A stretch of 64,000 nucleotides of DNA from an uncultured virus (IMG/VR IMGVR_UViG_3300042473_000519) (lineage: Duplodnaviria; Heunggongvirae; Uroviricota; Caudoviricetes), in the IMG/VR virus record IMGVR_UViG_3300042473_000519. One strand, 5' to 3'. The number at the start of each line of letters is the position of its first letter. Positions within the stretch are counted from its first letter, which is position 1. A model generated the notes under the pieces. That model was not told where the DNA came from. It did no database searches and worked only from the letters and a program-made list of their open reading frames with translations. Shown piece after piece: positions 32,305 to 40,771 of this stretch. A program made the translations under genes and the position numbers.

Positions 32305-34559
32305 TGTGGGCCTGTTGGGTAATCAGTTGGATTGGCTGCGTCTGAGTTTGCTGGCACAGTACTATTGCCGGTATTGAGTATTTTCGAGTTATCATCATTT
32401 TCAACAGTGGCTTCTTGGTATGGCCGGCGGTAACCGCCCAACAGTTGTTTGAATTCTCCACCCTTAAATGTGCTGGTAACTTCTGTCAATCGGTAAATTC
32501 CGCTCCAAGAGATAACTGGAGCACTCATAGATGTGCCTGTAAAAGTATATAGACCAGTTCCTTGATTAATGTCGATAGGAGTTCTAAAATTAACAACAAT
32601 ATCAACTTCTCCATTTTGATAATTTATGCTGCCGTCGTCTAATAAATTTGAGCTGTTTTGAGTAGATTTTCCAGTGTAATTGCCCATGCCACTATGTGCA
32701 ATATAATACGGATCTCCAATAATTGTCATGTCTAATTCAATCATGTCGCCTTGTGTTTTAGTAATTGCATCATGAAATAATCGAGCAGCCCTAGTCACCG
32801 CACTGTCAGGACCACTGCCACCTTTTCTATCAGTATTAGTTATTGTCTTAAAAAATTTTGTAATTGTTGGAATTACACCATTTGCTTGTTCAGGTTCATT
32901 TCCCTTGCTGACTGGAGTAAGGGGAGTTTTGACTACTTCTTCGCTGGTTTGAGTGCCGGTAACAATGTCAGAATTTTTAGAGAACGAATCTGCAAGCATT
33001 GCTGTTACAAATCCGTTATCAAAATATATTTTAAAATCTAAAATATCAGCATTTTTTCCAGTATAGATATAATTGTATTCTTTGACTGCTTGTTTTTTTA
33101 ATTTGTCAAAGCCTTTAACTTTGACATTGGGCGAAGTTACTCTACTGGCATGTACATTGTAGGGAATAATTCTAATTACTATAATTTTAGGCTTTTCGCC
33201 AGTGTGAGACAAGTTGGCATCGGTTGTAATTTTGTAAACTTGCATATCAAGGCGCCACCACTTGCGCCAGCCTTCGTCTGTTAATACCTCAGAAGCCAGT
33301 GTTTTTTTAACATAATCACTTTTTAACAATACTTGATTAATTGCATTTGGAATGTCACTGTCTTGCGGAAATCTAAAATTAGAAGTCTTAGGATCTTTTA
33401 TAGTAGTTACTTTGCCTTTAATGATATTATCATAAGTTTCATCAAATACTGCATTATGTTTTCGCATGGGCGGGGTAGGAGTTCTAGTACTATCAAAGTC
33501 TACTATTGCACGACCAAGTTCGTTACAACTATCACTATCTTGTGCTAAGTTGCCGCGGGTTCCTGATTTTACTGGATTGACTCGAGTAACACCCAATATA
33601 GAGGTTAGGCCGTTTTGAGTTAATGTTAAATCTGTTGTTGCTCCTGCTGAGCTAGTATTAACTGCGTTGGCAGCGGAAGAAGACCAATCTTTTGGAAATA
33701 AGATAACATATTCGTCTGGTACAAAATCTGAACCGCGGCGTTTTGCTTCTTCAACTGCTACTGTGTTAAGATACACTTGCAAACTATTTGGGCCAGTTTG
33801 CAAAATTTCTTGCACAGACTTTCCTGAAATAGATACTTCAGTTTTAAAATTCTTATACTCGTTTGATAATGCAACTTGGCTAGTTGGCATTGCACCTATG
33901 TTATAAGTTGCACCTTTGTGATCAACTGTCATATCGATATCAGTTATGATGAAAGGTATGCAACGGAATGTGGAAGGAATCGAGCCCATTTTACCAGTTT
34001 CTAAATTTCCTCTAAATTCAATAGTTAACAGCCAAGTTGCGTCACGCCAATTCTTATGTTCTTTTTTCCTAGCCAGGGTTTCTAAGGCTATGAAAAACAT
34101 TCCCATACTATAAGGTTCAGTAATTGTAAAATTAATGTCTGTGACATTGGTGTTTGAATCATGCTCGAAACCTATCGATTGTTCCAACACAAGGTTATCT
34201 ATAAAAAAGTCAAATTGCCCGTATGCTGTTTGAACTCTATTATTAAAATCAGAATTTGCAGATTTACAAATTAAATCAATTCGACTACCCGACATGTAAG
34301 TTGCATCAGGAGCATTTGCTTCAGCATCAGATAAACAGCCTATGCCCAGTATGTAATCATAACTGGCATAATTAAGTAACGGATTTGGCAGCGGAAGTTT
34401 TACATCTAGAGTCTTAAGGACTCCTCCAAAACTGTTGAGAAATCCAGTGATATTGTCAACAGTAGATGATAATCCCGTAGCTGGACCTAAACTATTAAAT
34501 GTATTTTTAACAGTAGTTATTGCGTTTGTTGCTGCATTTACTGCATTTAAAAAATTCAT
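32301..34559 (-). CDS. Baseplate hub protein (gp27-like position)
   Basis: FFIDNL, INFTITEPYSMGMF, LDMTIIGDPY, SGIYRLTEVTSTFKGGEFKQ. Sits between the gp53-like and gp5-like genes. Confidence 0.65.
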   Translation of the reverse strand: MNFLNAVNAATNAITTVKNTFNSLGPATGLSSTVDNITGFLNSFGGVLKTLDVKLPLPNPLLNYASYDYILGIGCLSDAEANAPDATYMSGSRIDLICKSANSDFNNRVQTAYGQFDFFIDNLVLEQSIGFEHDSNTNVTDINFTITEPYSMGMFFIALETLARKKEHKNWRDATWLLTIEFRGNLETGKMGSIPSTFRCIPFIITDIDMTVDHKGATYNIGAMPTSQVALSNEYKNFKTEVSISGKSVQEILQTGPNSLQVYLNTVAVEEAKRRGSDFVPDEYVILFPKDWSSSAANAVNTSSAGATTDLTLTQNGLTSILGVTRVNPVKSGTRGNLAQDSDSCNELGRAIVDFDSTRTPTPPMRKHNAVFDETYDNIIKGKVTTIKDPKTSNFRFPQDSDIPNAINQVLLKSDYVKKTLASEVLTDEGWRKWWRLDMQVYKITTDANLSHTGEKPKIIVIRIIPYNVHASRVTSPNVKVKGFDKLKKQAVKEYNYIYTGKNADILDFKIYFDNGFVTAMLADSFSKNSDIVTGTQTSEEVVKTPLTPVSKGNEPEQANGVIPTITKFFKTITNTDRKGGSGPDSAVTRAARLFHDAITKTQGDMIELDMTIIGDPYYIAHSGMGNYTGKSTQNSSNLLDDGSINYQNGEVDIVVNFRTPIDINQGTGLYTFTGTSMSAPVISWSGIYRLTEVTSTFKGGEFKQLLGGYRRPYQEATVENDDNSKILNTGNSTVPANSDAANPTDYPTGPQ

Positions 34560-34560
34560 C

Positions 34561-34863
34561 TTATAATCCCAGTGCTATTCTAAGGCTACTATTTTTACAA
34601 ATATATATTTTTTTGCCTGGAATAAAATCAAAAATTGGATCTTGCAATACATCAAGATTACGTTGTATAAAAACCCACCATAGAGAAGCATCTCCGTACA
34701 AGTCAAATGCCAATAAATCTGGGCGATAGGTATACTGACTTTCAATTGTGTACAGGAAGTCATCTCGTTCGGCACTGACTGGCCTAATGGTCAGTACATC
34801 TAAATAATTAGTAGTTGTTGGGGTGGAATACCAAGGACTGGTATTTTTATAATTAGCGGCCAT
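34561..34863 (-). CDS. gp53: Baseplate wedge gp53-like (LysM-like)
   Basis: YTYRPDLLAFDLYGDASLWWVF..N..LQDPIFDF.PG. Confidence 0.8.
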   Translation of the reverse strand: MAANYKNTSPWYSTPTTTNYLDVLTIRPVSAERDDFLYTIESQYTYRPDLLAFDLYGDASLWWVFIQRNLDVLQDPIFDFIPGKKIYICKNSSLRIALGL

Positions 34864-34865
34864 GA

Positions 34866-35891
34866 TTAAATATATCCAAAATTATTATTAAGATAGCCGC
34901 CGCCGACAAACCTATCAAGGCTAAATTTACGGGCACTGTTTCTACTATACATAGGTTGTAATTTTACAACAAAAGAACTCTTAGTAGGAACATGTGTGAC
35001 GCCACCGCTAGTAGTTCCGCCAAGACCTAAGCTACCTAGTAAGCCAGCAACTTGTCCTACACCTCCTGCAACACTACTGATGATGGACGTGGCTGATCCC
35101 ACTGCTCCGCCAAATGCTCCGCCAAATGCTCCGCCAATTGTGTTGGCAAGGCCGCCTATAGCATCTGCTTTTCCTTCTACGCCGCCGGCTGCACTGCCAA
35201 CTACATTGACTCCGATATAATCACATGTATTTTCTAACATAATGTCCATCGAAGTAACCACAACAGGAATGTTTTTAAACACATAATTTCCATATCCATT
35301 TAACATGACAATCGGCGGCGGGTTTCCGGCCTTAGGATCAGATCCGCTGAACATTTTGGTTAAACTTCTTAAATAATGCACCATTGCAATCCAATACAAT
35401 CCTTCTGTAGCATCTGACACATACATGGGTGCATTAATAGTTATTGAACCAGGACTACTATTTTTAAATGCATTGAACTTATAATTGCTATGCACAGGAT
35501 CTATTGGAGTATATGTTGCGCCACTAGTTATATTAATTTTGGGAGTATATGGAAATATTAAACCACCTGCATCTTTCAAGGGTTGTAATACAGGACTACC
35601 TTTGAAACTAGTCCAATTAGCAAGGCTTAATCGAACACGCCAATCGTTTGCATATGTATCTTCTGTAAACGCACTGATGGCACCCATTATATCGCCAATT
35701 GCTTCGCCTGCGGCTGGTAAATTAATTGCCCGAATGGCGCCGGCAATGTTGCCGCCACCTTCCGAATTAAATCCGCTTGCAATTGCAGAACTTAATTTGC
35801 TAGCGGCATTAAATCCGTTGGCTCCGGCTGTGGCCAAATTACCAATATTTCCTAGCGAGGACGTTAATCCGGAACCTAAATTGAAACCCAT
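34866..35891 (-). CDS. Tail tube initiator/baseplate cap (gp48/gp54-like)
   Basis: FPYTPKINI, PIDPVHSNY, GNPPPIVMLNGYG..FKNIPVVVTS, VPTKS. Gly-rich inserts. Confidence 0.65.
   Translation of the reverse strand: MGFNLGSGLTSSLGNIGNLATAGANGFNAASKLSSAIASGFNSEGGGNIAGAIRAINLPAAGEAIGDIMGAISAFTEDTYANDWRVRLSLANWTSFKGSPVLQPLKDAGGLIFPYTPKINITSGATYTPIDPVHSNYKFNAFKNSSPGSITINAPMYVSDATEGLYWIAMVHYLRSLTKMFSGSDPKAGNPPPIVMLNGYGNYVFKNIPVVVTSMDIMLENTCDYIGVNVVGSAAGGVEGKADAIGGLANTIGGAFGGAFGGAVGSATSIISSVAGGVGQVAGLLGSLGLGGTTSGGVTHVPTKSSFVVKLQPMYSRNSARKFSLDRFVGGGYLNNNFGYI
35103..35137 (+). repeat. 12-bp tandem repeat, about 3 copies (Gly-Gly-Ala units on the minus strand)
   Basis: tgctccgccaaa x2 followed by tgctccgccaa. 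Confidence 0.8.
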
Positions 35892-35910
35892 AATGTATCT
35901 CCTGATACTC

Positions 35911-35918
35911 TATTTATT
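35911..35918 (-). promoter_or_regulatory. Late promoter (AATAAATA) for the baseplate block
   Basis: Upstream of 35891, with AGGAG SD. Confidence 0.6.
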
Positions 35919-35946
35919 TGACTTTAATAAGTGCGTAGTTTATAAT
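35918..35946 (+). promoter_or_regulatory. Sigma70-type promoter for gp55-gp47-gp46
   Basis: TTGACT (35918-35923), 17-nt spacer, TATAAT (35941-35946). GAGGA SD before ATG 35969. Confidence 0.8.
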
Positions 35947-35968
35947 GTAACTTACGAGGACTCATCTA

Positions 35969-36796
35969 ATGACAGCAAAAGTTAATTACCTAAACAACAA
36001 GGACATGTTGTTGGAAATACACAGAAGTAAAACATCGTACTGTAACTTCACACAGCCCGAATTTCATCAATATGACAGCATACTGCCAAGCGTGGATAAG
36101 ATCAATATTCGAAGCGTGGCCGATGCAAAGCGAGCACGGGCCAAACGAATTGGTGATCTAGAGTACGCAAGACGCAAAGCGGCAGGTGAAAAAGTTAAAC
36201 AAGCAGATTGCGAAGTAGACTATAAAAAGATTGCAAAAACAGATGTAGTTTTTAGAATTATGACATTTGATCATATTCCGTTAAATGGAACTAGAAAGAA
36301 GAATCCTAAAAGTTTAGCAGATCATAGAGACAAAGTAAACTTTCCTCCTTTCCAGCATTGGAAATATAACGAAGAAGATGAACTGGTATGTGTGGGCAAG
36401 AGCCATTGGAAGGGTCCGTTGGATACTGGACACTTTGACAAGGATGCCGGCCAAATTACTCCAACTTTAGCCCGTATGATGTTAAAATTATGTGAGCGTT
36501 ATGCCACACGGGGCAACGTTCGTGGTTATACTTATAACGACGAAATGAAGGGCCAGGCTATTTTACAACTAACACAAATCGGACTTCAATTTGATGAAAG
36601 TAAAAGCGATAATCCATTTGCTTATTTTACTGCCGCGGTTACTAATAGTTTCGTTAGAGTTATTAATATTGAAAAACGTAATCAGAATATCAGAGACGAT
36701 GTACTTGAAATGAATGGTATGAATCCAAGTTATAGTAGGACTGGCTCAGGAGAACATGCTGCCGCTGTTAAACGTTTTGATGAAGGCGCTGAATGA
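35969..36796 (+). CDS. gp55: Late-transcription sigma factor, gp55-like
   Basis: NYLNNKDML, NVRGYTYNDEM, FDESKSDNPFAYFT..NSFVRVINIEK. Adjacent to gp47/gp46. Confidence 0.85.
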   Translation: MTAKVNYLNNKDMLLEIHRSKTSYCNFTQPEFHQYDSILPSVDKINIRSVADAKRARAKRIGDLEYARRKAAGEKVKQADCEVDYKKIAKTDVVFRIMTFDHIPLNGTRKKNPKSLADHRDKVNFPPFQHWKYNEEDELVCVGKSHWKGPLDTGHFDKDAGQITPTLARMMLKLCERYATRGNVRGYTYNDEMKGQAILQLTQIGLQFDESKSDNPFAYFTAAVTNSFVRVINIEKRNQNIRDDVLEMNGMNPSYSRTGSGEHAAAVKRFDEGAE

Positions 36797-37806
36797 CAAA
36801 TTTATTTAAAAAAGTTGCTTGCTTCACAGACATACACTTTGGGTTGAAATCAAATAGCAGTGTGCATAATCAAGATTGTGAAGAATTTGTAGATTGGTAT
36901 ATTGCAAAGGCCAAGGAGAACGGATGTGATACAGGTATTTTTATGGGCGATTGGCATCACAACCGCAATAGTCTTAATATTACAACTATGGACTACAGCC
37001 TTAGAGCCCTTGAGAAACTGGGACAGGCTTTTGATAAGTTTTATTTCTTTCCTGGTAATCATGATCTTTATTACAAAGACAAGCGGGATATTCACAGCGT
37101 CGAATTCGGAAAGTATATTCCTGGAATTACTGTGGTACACGAACCTACTACTATTGGCGACGTCACCTTATGTCCGTGGCTTGTCGGAGACGAATGGAAA
37201 ACCATAGGCAAGAAAGGTGGCAAATATATCTTTGGTCACTTTGAATTGCCCAGTTTCTTCATGAATGCCATGGTTCAGATGCCGGATCATGGTGAAATTC
37301 AGTTGGATAGTTTTAAAAACTACGAACTTGGGTTTAGCGGACACTTTCATAAACGACAACAACGTCAAAACATGATTTATATTGGCAATGCGTTCCCACA
37401 CAATTATGCAGACGCATGGGACGATGATCGCGGTATGATGATTTTAGAATGGGGCGGTAAACCAGTGTATCATGCTTGGGATAATCAACCCACATTCCGT
37501 ACAGTAAAACTCAGCCAGCTAATAGACGATGCGGATAAAATTATCTTGCCCAAGCAACATTTACGTGTTACACTAGACATAGATATCAGCTACGAAGAAG
37601 CAAGTTTTATTAAAGAAAAGTTTATTTCAGATTACAATATTCGCGAACTTACGTTGATTGCGGAAAAGAAGGATCTTGAAATCAATACAAGCATTGACAT
37701 CCAATCATTTGAAAGTGTGGATCAGATTGTTTCTAGTCAAATTATTAGCATTGATTCAGAACAGTTTAACAAAAATACACTTTTGGAAATTTATAATAGC
37801 CTATGA
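36793..37806 (+). CDS. gp47: Recombination endonuclease subunit (Mre11/SbcD-like)
   Basis: Metallophosphoesterase motifs DIHFG, GDWHH, GNHD, GHF, SGHFH. Confidence 0.92.
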   Translation: MTNLFKKVACFTDIHFGLKSNSSVHNQDCEEFVDWYIAKAKENGCDTGIFMGDWHHNRNSLNITTMDYSLRALEKLGQAFDKFYFFPGNHDLYYKDKRDIHSVEFGKYIPGITVVHEPTTIGDVTLCPWLVGDEWKTIGKKGGKYIFGHFELPSFFMNAMVQMPDHGEIQLDSFKNYELGFSGHFHKRQQRQNMIYIGNAFPHNYADAWDDDRGMMILEWGGKPVYHAWDNQPTFRTVKLSQLIDDADKIILPKQHLRVTLDIDISYEEASFIKEKFISDYNIRELTLIAEKKDLEINTSIDIQSFESVDQIVSSQIISIDSEQFNKNTLLEIYNSL

Positions 37807-39581
37807 TAACAATTAAAGATTTAACAGTACGTAATTTCATGAGCGTGGGTAATCAAACCCAAGCTGTAAATTTTGATAAAGAACATTTAACACTGGTCCT
37901 TGGAGAAAACTTGGATCAAGGTGGGGATGACAGCGGAAGTCGTAATGGCACAGGCAAAACTACTATCGTCAATGCATTAAGCTATGCACTTTACGGCAAT
38001 GCCTTAACTAACATTAAAAAAGATAATCTCATTAACAAGATTAATAATAAAGGAATGTTGGTTACACTGAGTTTTGAAAAGAACGGAATCGATTATCGTA
38101 TTGAACGTGGTCGTAAACCTAATGTGCTACAGTTCTTTGTCAACAATCAAGCACAAGAAACAGAAGAAACTGACGACGCACAAGGCGATATGCGTGAAAC
38201 GCAAAAGGACCTTGACGATTTGTTGGGCATGAGTCACGATATGTTCAAACATATTGTAGCACTAAACACTTATACAGAACCATTTTTGTCCATGCGGGCA
38301 AATGACCAGCGTGTTATTATTGAACAGTTGTTGGGCATTACGTTGCTAAGTGAAAAAGCAGAGTTGCTTAAAGAACTTGTTAAAACTACTAAAGATAACA
38401 TCTATCAAGAGAATGCTGATATAGAGGCAGCAAAGAAATCCAATGAAAAGATCCAGCTAAGTGTTGATAGTTTGCTTACAAGACAAACTGCATGGAATAC
38501 TCAACACGATGTGGACATTGAAAAGATGGCACGGGCTATCATTGAATTGGAAAATGTTGATATTGAAGCTGAACTTGCATCTCATAATCAGTTAAAATTG
38601 TACATTGAGCAAACTGCACAGTTAAAAAGTTTGAATAAAGAACGTGCAACTTTAGAAAGTGCATTAACACAAGCTGAAAAAAGTCTAACAAAGTATACAA
38701 AAGAATTAGAAAGTCTAGCAAACAAAACTTGTCATGCTTGTGAACAACAGCTTCACGACCACAAACACGAGTCCATGACTGGGGAAGCTACTCTGCATCT
38801 TGCAGAGGCTCAGAAGTATTTGGATAAAGTTACAACAGATCTGGCCAAGATTACCAAAGAGATCGCAAACATCGGTGATGTAAGCACAAGACCTGATACG
38901 TATTATGATACAGTTGAGCAAGCACTCAAGCATCAAAATAATTTAAAAACACTTGAAACACAATTAACTGTTAAAGCAAGCGAAACAGATCCGTATCAAG
39001 AACAAATTGACGAACTACGCAACACAGCCATGCAAGAAATTACATGGGATAAGGTAAATTCTTTTACTAGTTTGAAAGAACATCAAGAGTTTTTGCTTAA
39101 ACTGTTAACAAGCAAGGATAGTTTTATCCGTAAAAAGATTATTGATCAGAATCTTGCGTATCTAAACAACAGACTTACCTACTATCTCGACAAGATGGGC
39201 TTGCCGCACAGTGTATTGTTCCAGAACGACCTAACTGTGTTGATTACACAGCTTGGTCAGGATCTTGACTTTGATAACTTGAGCCGTGGAGAACGCAATA
39301 GACTTATCTTGTCATTGTCTTGGGCGTTCCGTGACGTGTGGGAAAGTTTGTATCAGCAGATTAACTTGTTGTTTGTGGACGAGTTGGTTGATAACGGTCT
39401 TGATGCAAGTGGTGTCGAAGGTGCGTTGGCTGTTCTTAAAAAGATGAGCCGTGAACGTAAGAAGAATATTTTCCTTATCAGTCACAAGGACGAACTTATC
39501 GGTCGTGTAAACAATGTGCTCAAGGTTATTAAAGAAAATGGATTCACAAGTTATGCAAATGATGTTGAAGTAAGTGAATGA
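37803..39581 (+). CDS. gp46: Recombination ATPase subunit (Rad50/SbcC-like)
   Basis: NFMS, Walker A NGTGKTT, coiled coil with CHAC zinc hook, LSRGE signature, LLFVDE Walker B, ISH. Confidence 0.93.
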   Translation: MITIKDLTVRNFMSVGNQTQAVNFDKEHLTLVLGENLDQGGDDSGSRNGTGKTTIVNALSYALYGNALTNIKKDNLINKINNKGMLVTLSFEKNGIDYRIERGRKPNVLQFFVNNQAQETEETDDAQGDMRETQKDLDDLLGMSHDMFKHIVALNTYTEPFLSMRANDQRVIIEQLLGITLLSEKAELLKELVKTTKDNIYQENADIEAAKKSNEKIQLSVDSLLTRQTAWNTQHDVDIEKMARAIIELENVDIEAELASHNQLKLYIEQTAQLKSLNKERATLESALTQAEKSLTKYTKELESLANKTCHACEQQLHDHKHESMTGEATLHLAEAQKYLDKVTTDLAKITKEIANIGDVSTRPDTYYDTVEQALKHQNNLKTLETQLTVKASETDPYQEQIDELRNTAMQEITWDKVNSFTSLKEHQEFLLKLLTSKDSFIRKKIIDQNLAYLNNRLTYYLDKMGLPHSVLFQNDLTVLITQLGQDLDFDNLSRGERNRLILSLSWAFRDVWESLYQQINLLFVDELVDNGLDASGVEGALAVLKKMSRERKKNIFLISHKDELIGRVNNVLKVIKENGFTSYANDVEVSE

Positions 39582-39832
39582 AACGAGATGAAGAAACGCA
39601 TGATGAACTCATGCGTGTATTTAGAGAATATTACAAAGCCAATCAACGTTGGCTTGATAAAGGCACACGACAGGCAGGATTGGAAACTAGGCAACTATTA
39701 TCCGAACTTAGAATTATAGCAAGGCAGCGACGAGCAAACATACAAGATTGGCGACATTGGATCGACGCCGACAAGGCAGAACGCAAGGCAAATCAGGATC
39801 ATACAGGCAACGAGGAAGATGATGCTAACTAA
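39578..39832 (+). CDS. Small helical protein resembling the Hc1 (histone H1-like) N-terminal domain
   Basis: DKGTRQAGLETRQLLSELRIIARQRR resembles the Hc1 pattern KGNKAA..R.R..EL as I recall it. Coupled to gp46 by ATGA. Confidence 0.5.
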   Translation: MKRDEETHDELMRVFREYYKANQRWLDKGTRQAGLETRQLLSELRIIARQRRANIQDWRHWIDADKAERKANQDHTGNEEDDAN

Positions 39833-39835
39833 AGC

Positions 39836-40270
39836 ATGTCATGGACCTATCAGAATATATTACTAGAAACTCTACCCGAAGATTGTGTAGGGTTTGTGTA
39901 TTTGATAACAAATAACATCTCTGGAAGAAAATACATAGGCAAAAAACTAGCTAAATTTGCAAAAACTACTTACAAAGTAGTCAAGTTAAAAAATGGCACT
40001 AAGAAAAAAAAGAAAATTCGAAGCAAAGTCGACAGCGACTGGCAAGAATATTATGGCTCAAATCTAGAACTACACGCAGATGTATTAAAATTAGGCAAGG
40101 AAAACTTCAGTAGAGAGATACTGTTTTATTGTAAAAGTAAATCAGAATGCTCCTATATAGAGGCCAGAGAACAATTCAATCACAAAGTATTAGAATCAAA
40201 AGACTATTATAACGGGCAGATTAGTGTTCGTGTACATGGCTCGCATATACTCAAGGCTCAACAAATCTAG
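39836..40270 (+). CDS. Stand-alone GIY-YIG endonuclease (EndoII/Seg-like catalytic domain)
   Basis: GFVYLITN..GRKYIGKK, YYGS, FSREIL, IEAREQF, YYN. There is no C-terminal DNA-binding extension. Confidence 0.85.
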   Translation: MSWTYQNILLETLPEDCVGFVYLITNNISGRKYIGKKLAKFAKTTYKVVKLKNGTKKKKKIRSKVDSDWQEYYGSNLELHADVLKLGKENFSREILFYCKSKSECSYIEAREQFNHKVLESKDYYNGQISVRVHGSHILKAQQI

Positions 40271-40655
40271 GCAATTTACTGCCAAATAAGCCCGCACTGG
40301 CGTTGTTAAGTGTCCTTACTGCCTGGTCTACGTGCATCTCAGGTAATGGAATTTCTGCTTGGCAGCAGAGTTGTGAATCACTATCCTTTACAGGACGACG
40401 ATGGGATATGCCTATATATAACCCGTTTGATTTATAAGAAAAGTATTTTTAAAAGGCTAAAAGAGGGAGAAATACCCGCGGCTATGTGTATGTTAGCGTA
40501 TATGTGTAGACCTGCCGTTGTAATTAAGACTCAGCTCGTGGTACCGGACAACCGCCACTGTAATGCTGTAACGCTAAGTGAACTGCTCAACTCAGATAAT
40601 GTTCATTTTTAGCCCGCCAGGGCTAAGTGTGACTACACAATCTAGATAATATTAA
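40270..40655 (+). ncRNA. Candidate large structured non-coding RNA (unassigned)
   Basis: Longest non-coding gap in the window, with many stems, G-U-rich helices and complementary loops TGGC/GCCA (see findings). Folded by eye only. Confidence 0.5.
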
Positions 40656-40743
40656 AATTACTCCGTAACTGATTGTATTCTACGAAGTATAAAAGTTCGA
40701 GCGATAGCGAAGAACAGATGAACGTAGTTCATCTTGATATAGT

Positions 40744-40751
40744 TATAAATA
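40744..40751 (+). promoter_or_regulatory. T4 late promoter (TATAAATA)
   Basis: Exact consensus upstream of ATG 40772. Confidence 0.75.
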
Positions 40752-40771
40752 CAGCATATGAACAGTTCTCT

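Noticed and set aside
40280..40310. Minus-strand GGGCTTA resembling the RNase P RNA 3' end, and a tmRNA possibility
   Set aside because: No GAGGAAAGTCC partner and no tRNA-like ends.
40310..40612. 100-aa ORF in the gap after the GIY-YIG gene
   Set aside because: GTG start with no SD, no recognisable motif and atypical composition. It overlaps dense stem-loops, so a non-coding reading is more likely.
40627..40744. Group I intron-like words GACTAC and GATATAGTT next to a GIY-YIG gene
   Set aside because: The flanking genes appear intact with no split exon, the second word overlaps the late promoter, and I could not build the P3-P7 core. A covariance search would settle it.
40673..40771. ORF-track N-terminal extension of the 40772 gene
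   Set aside because: It begins at a TTG upstream of the late promoter, inside the hairpin cluster.
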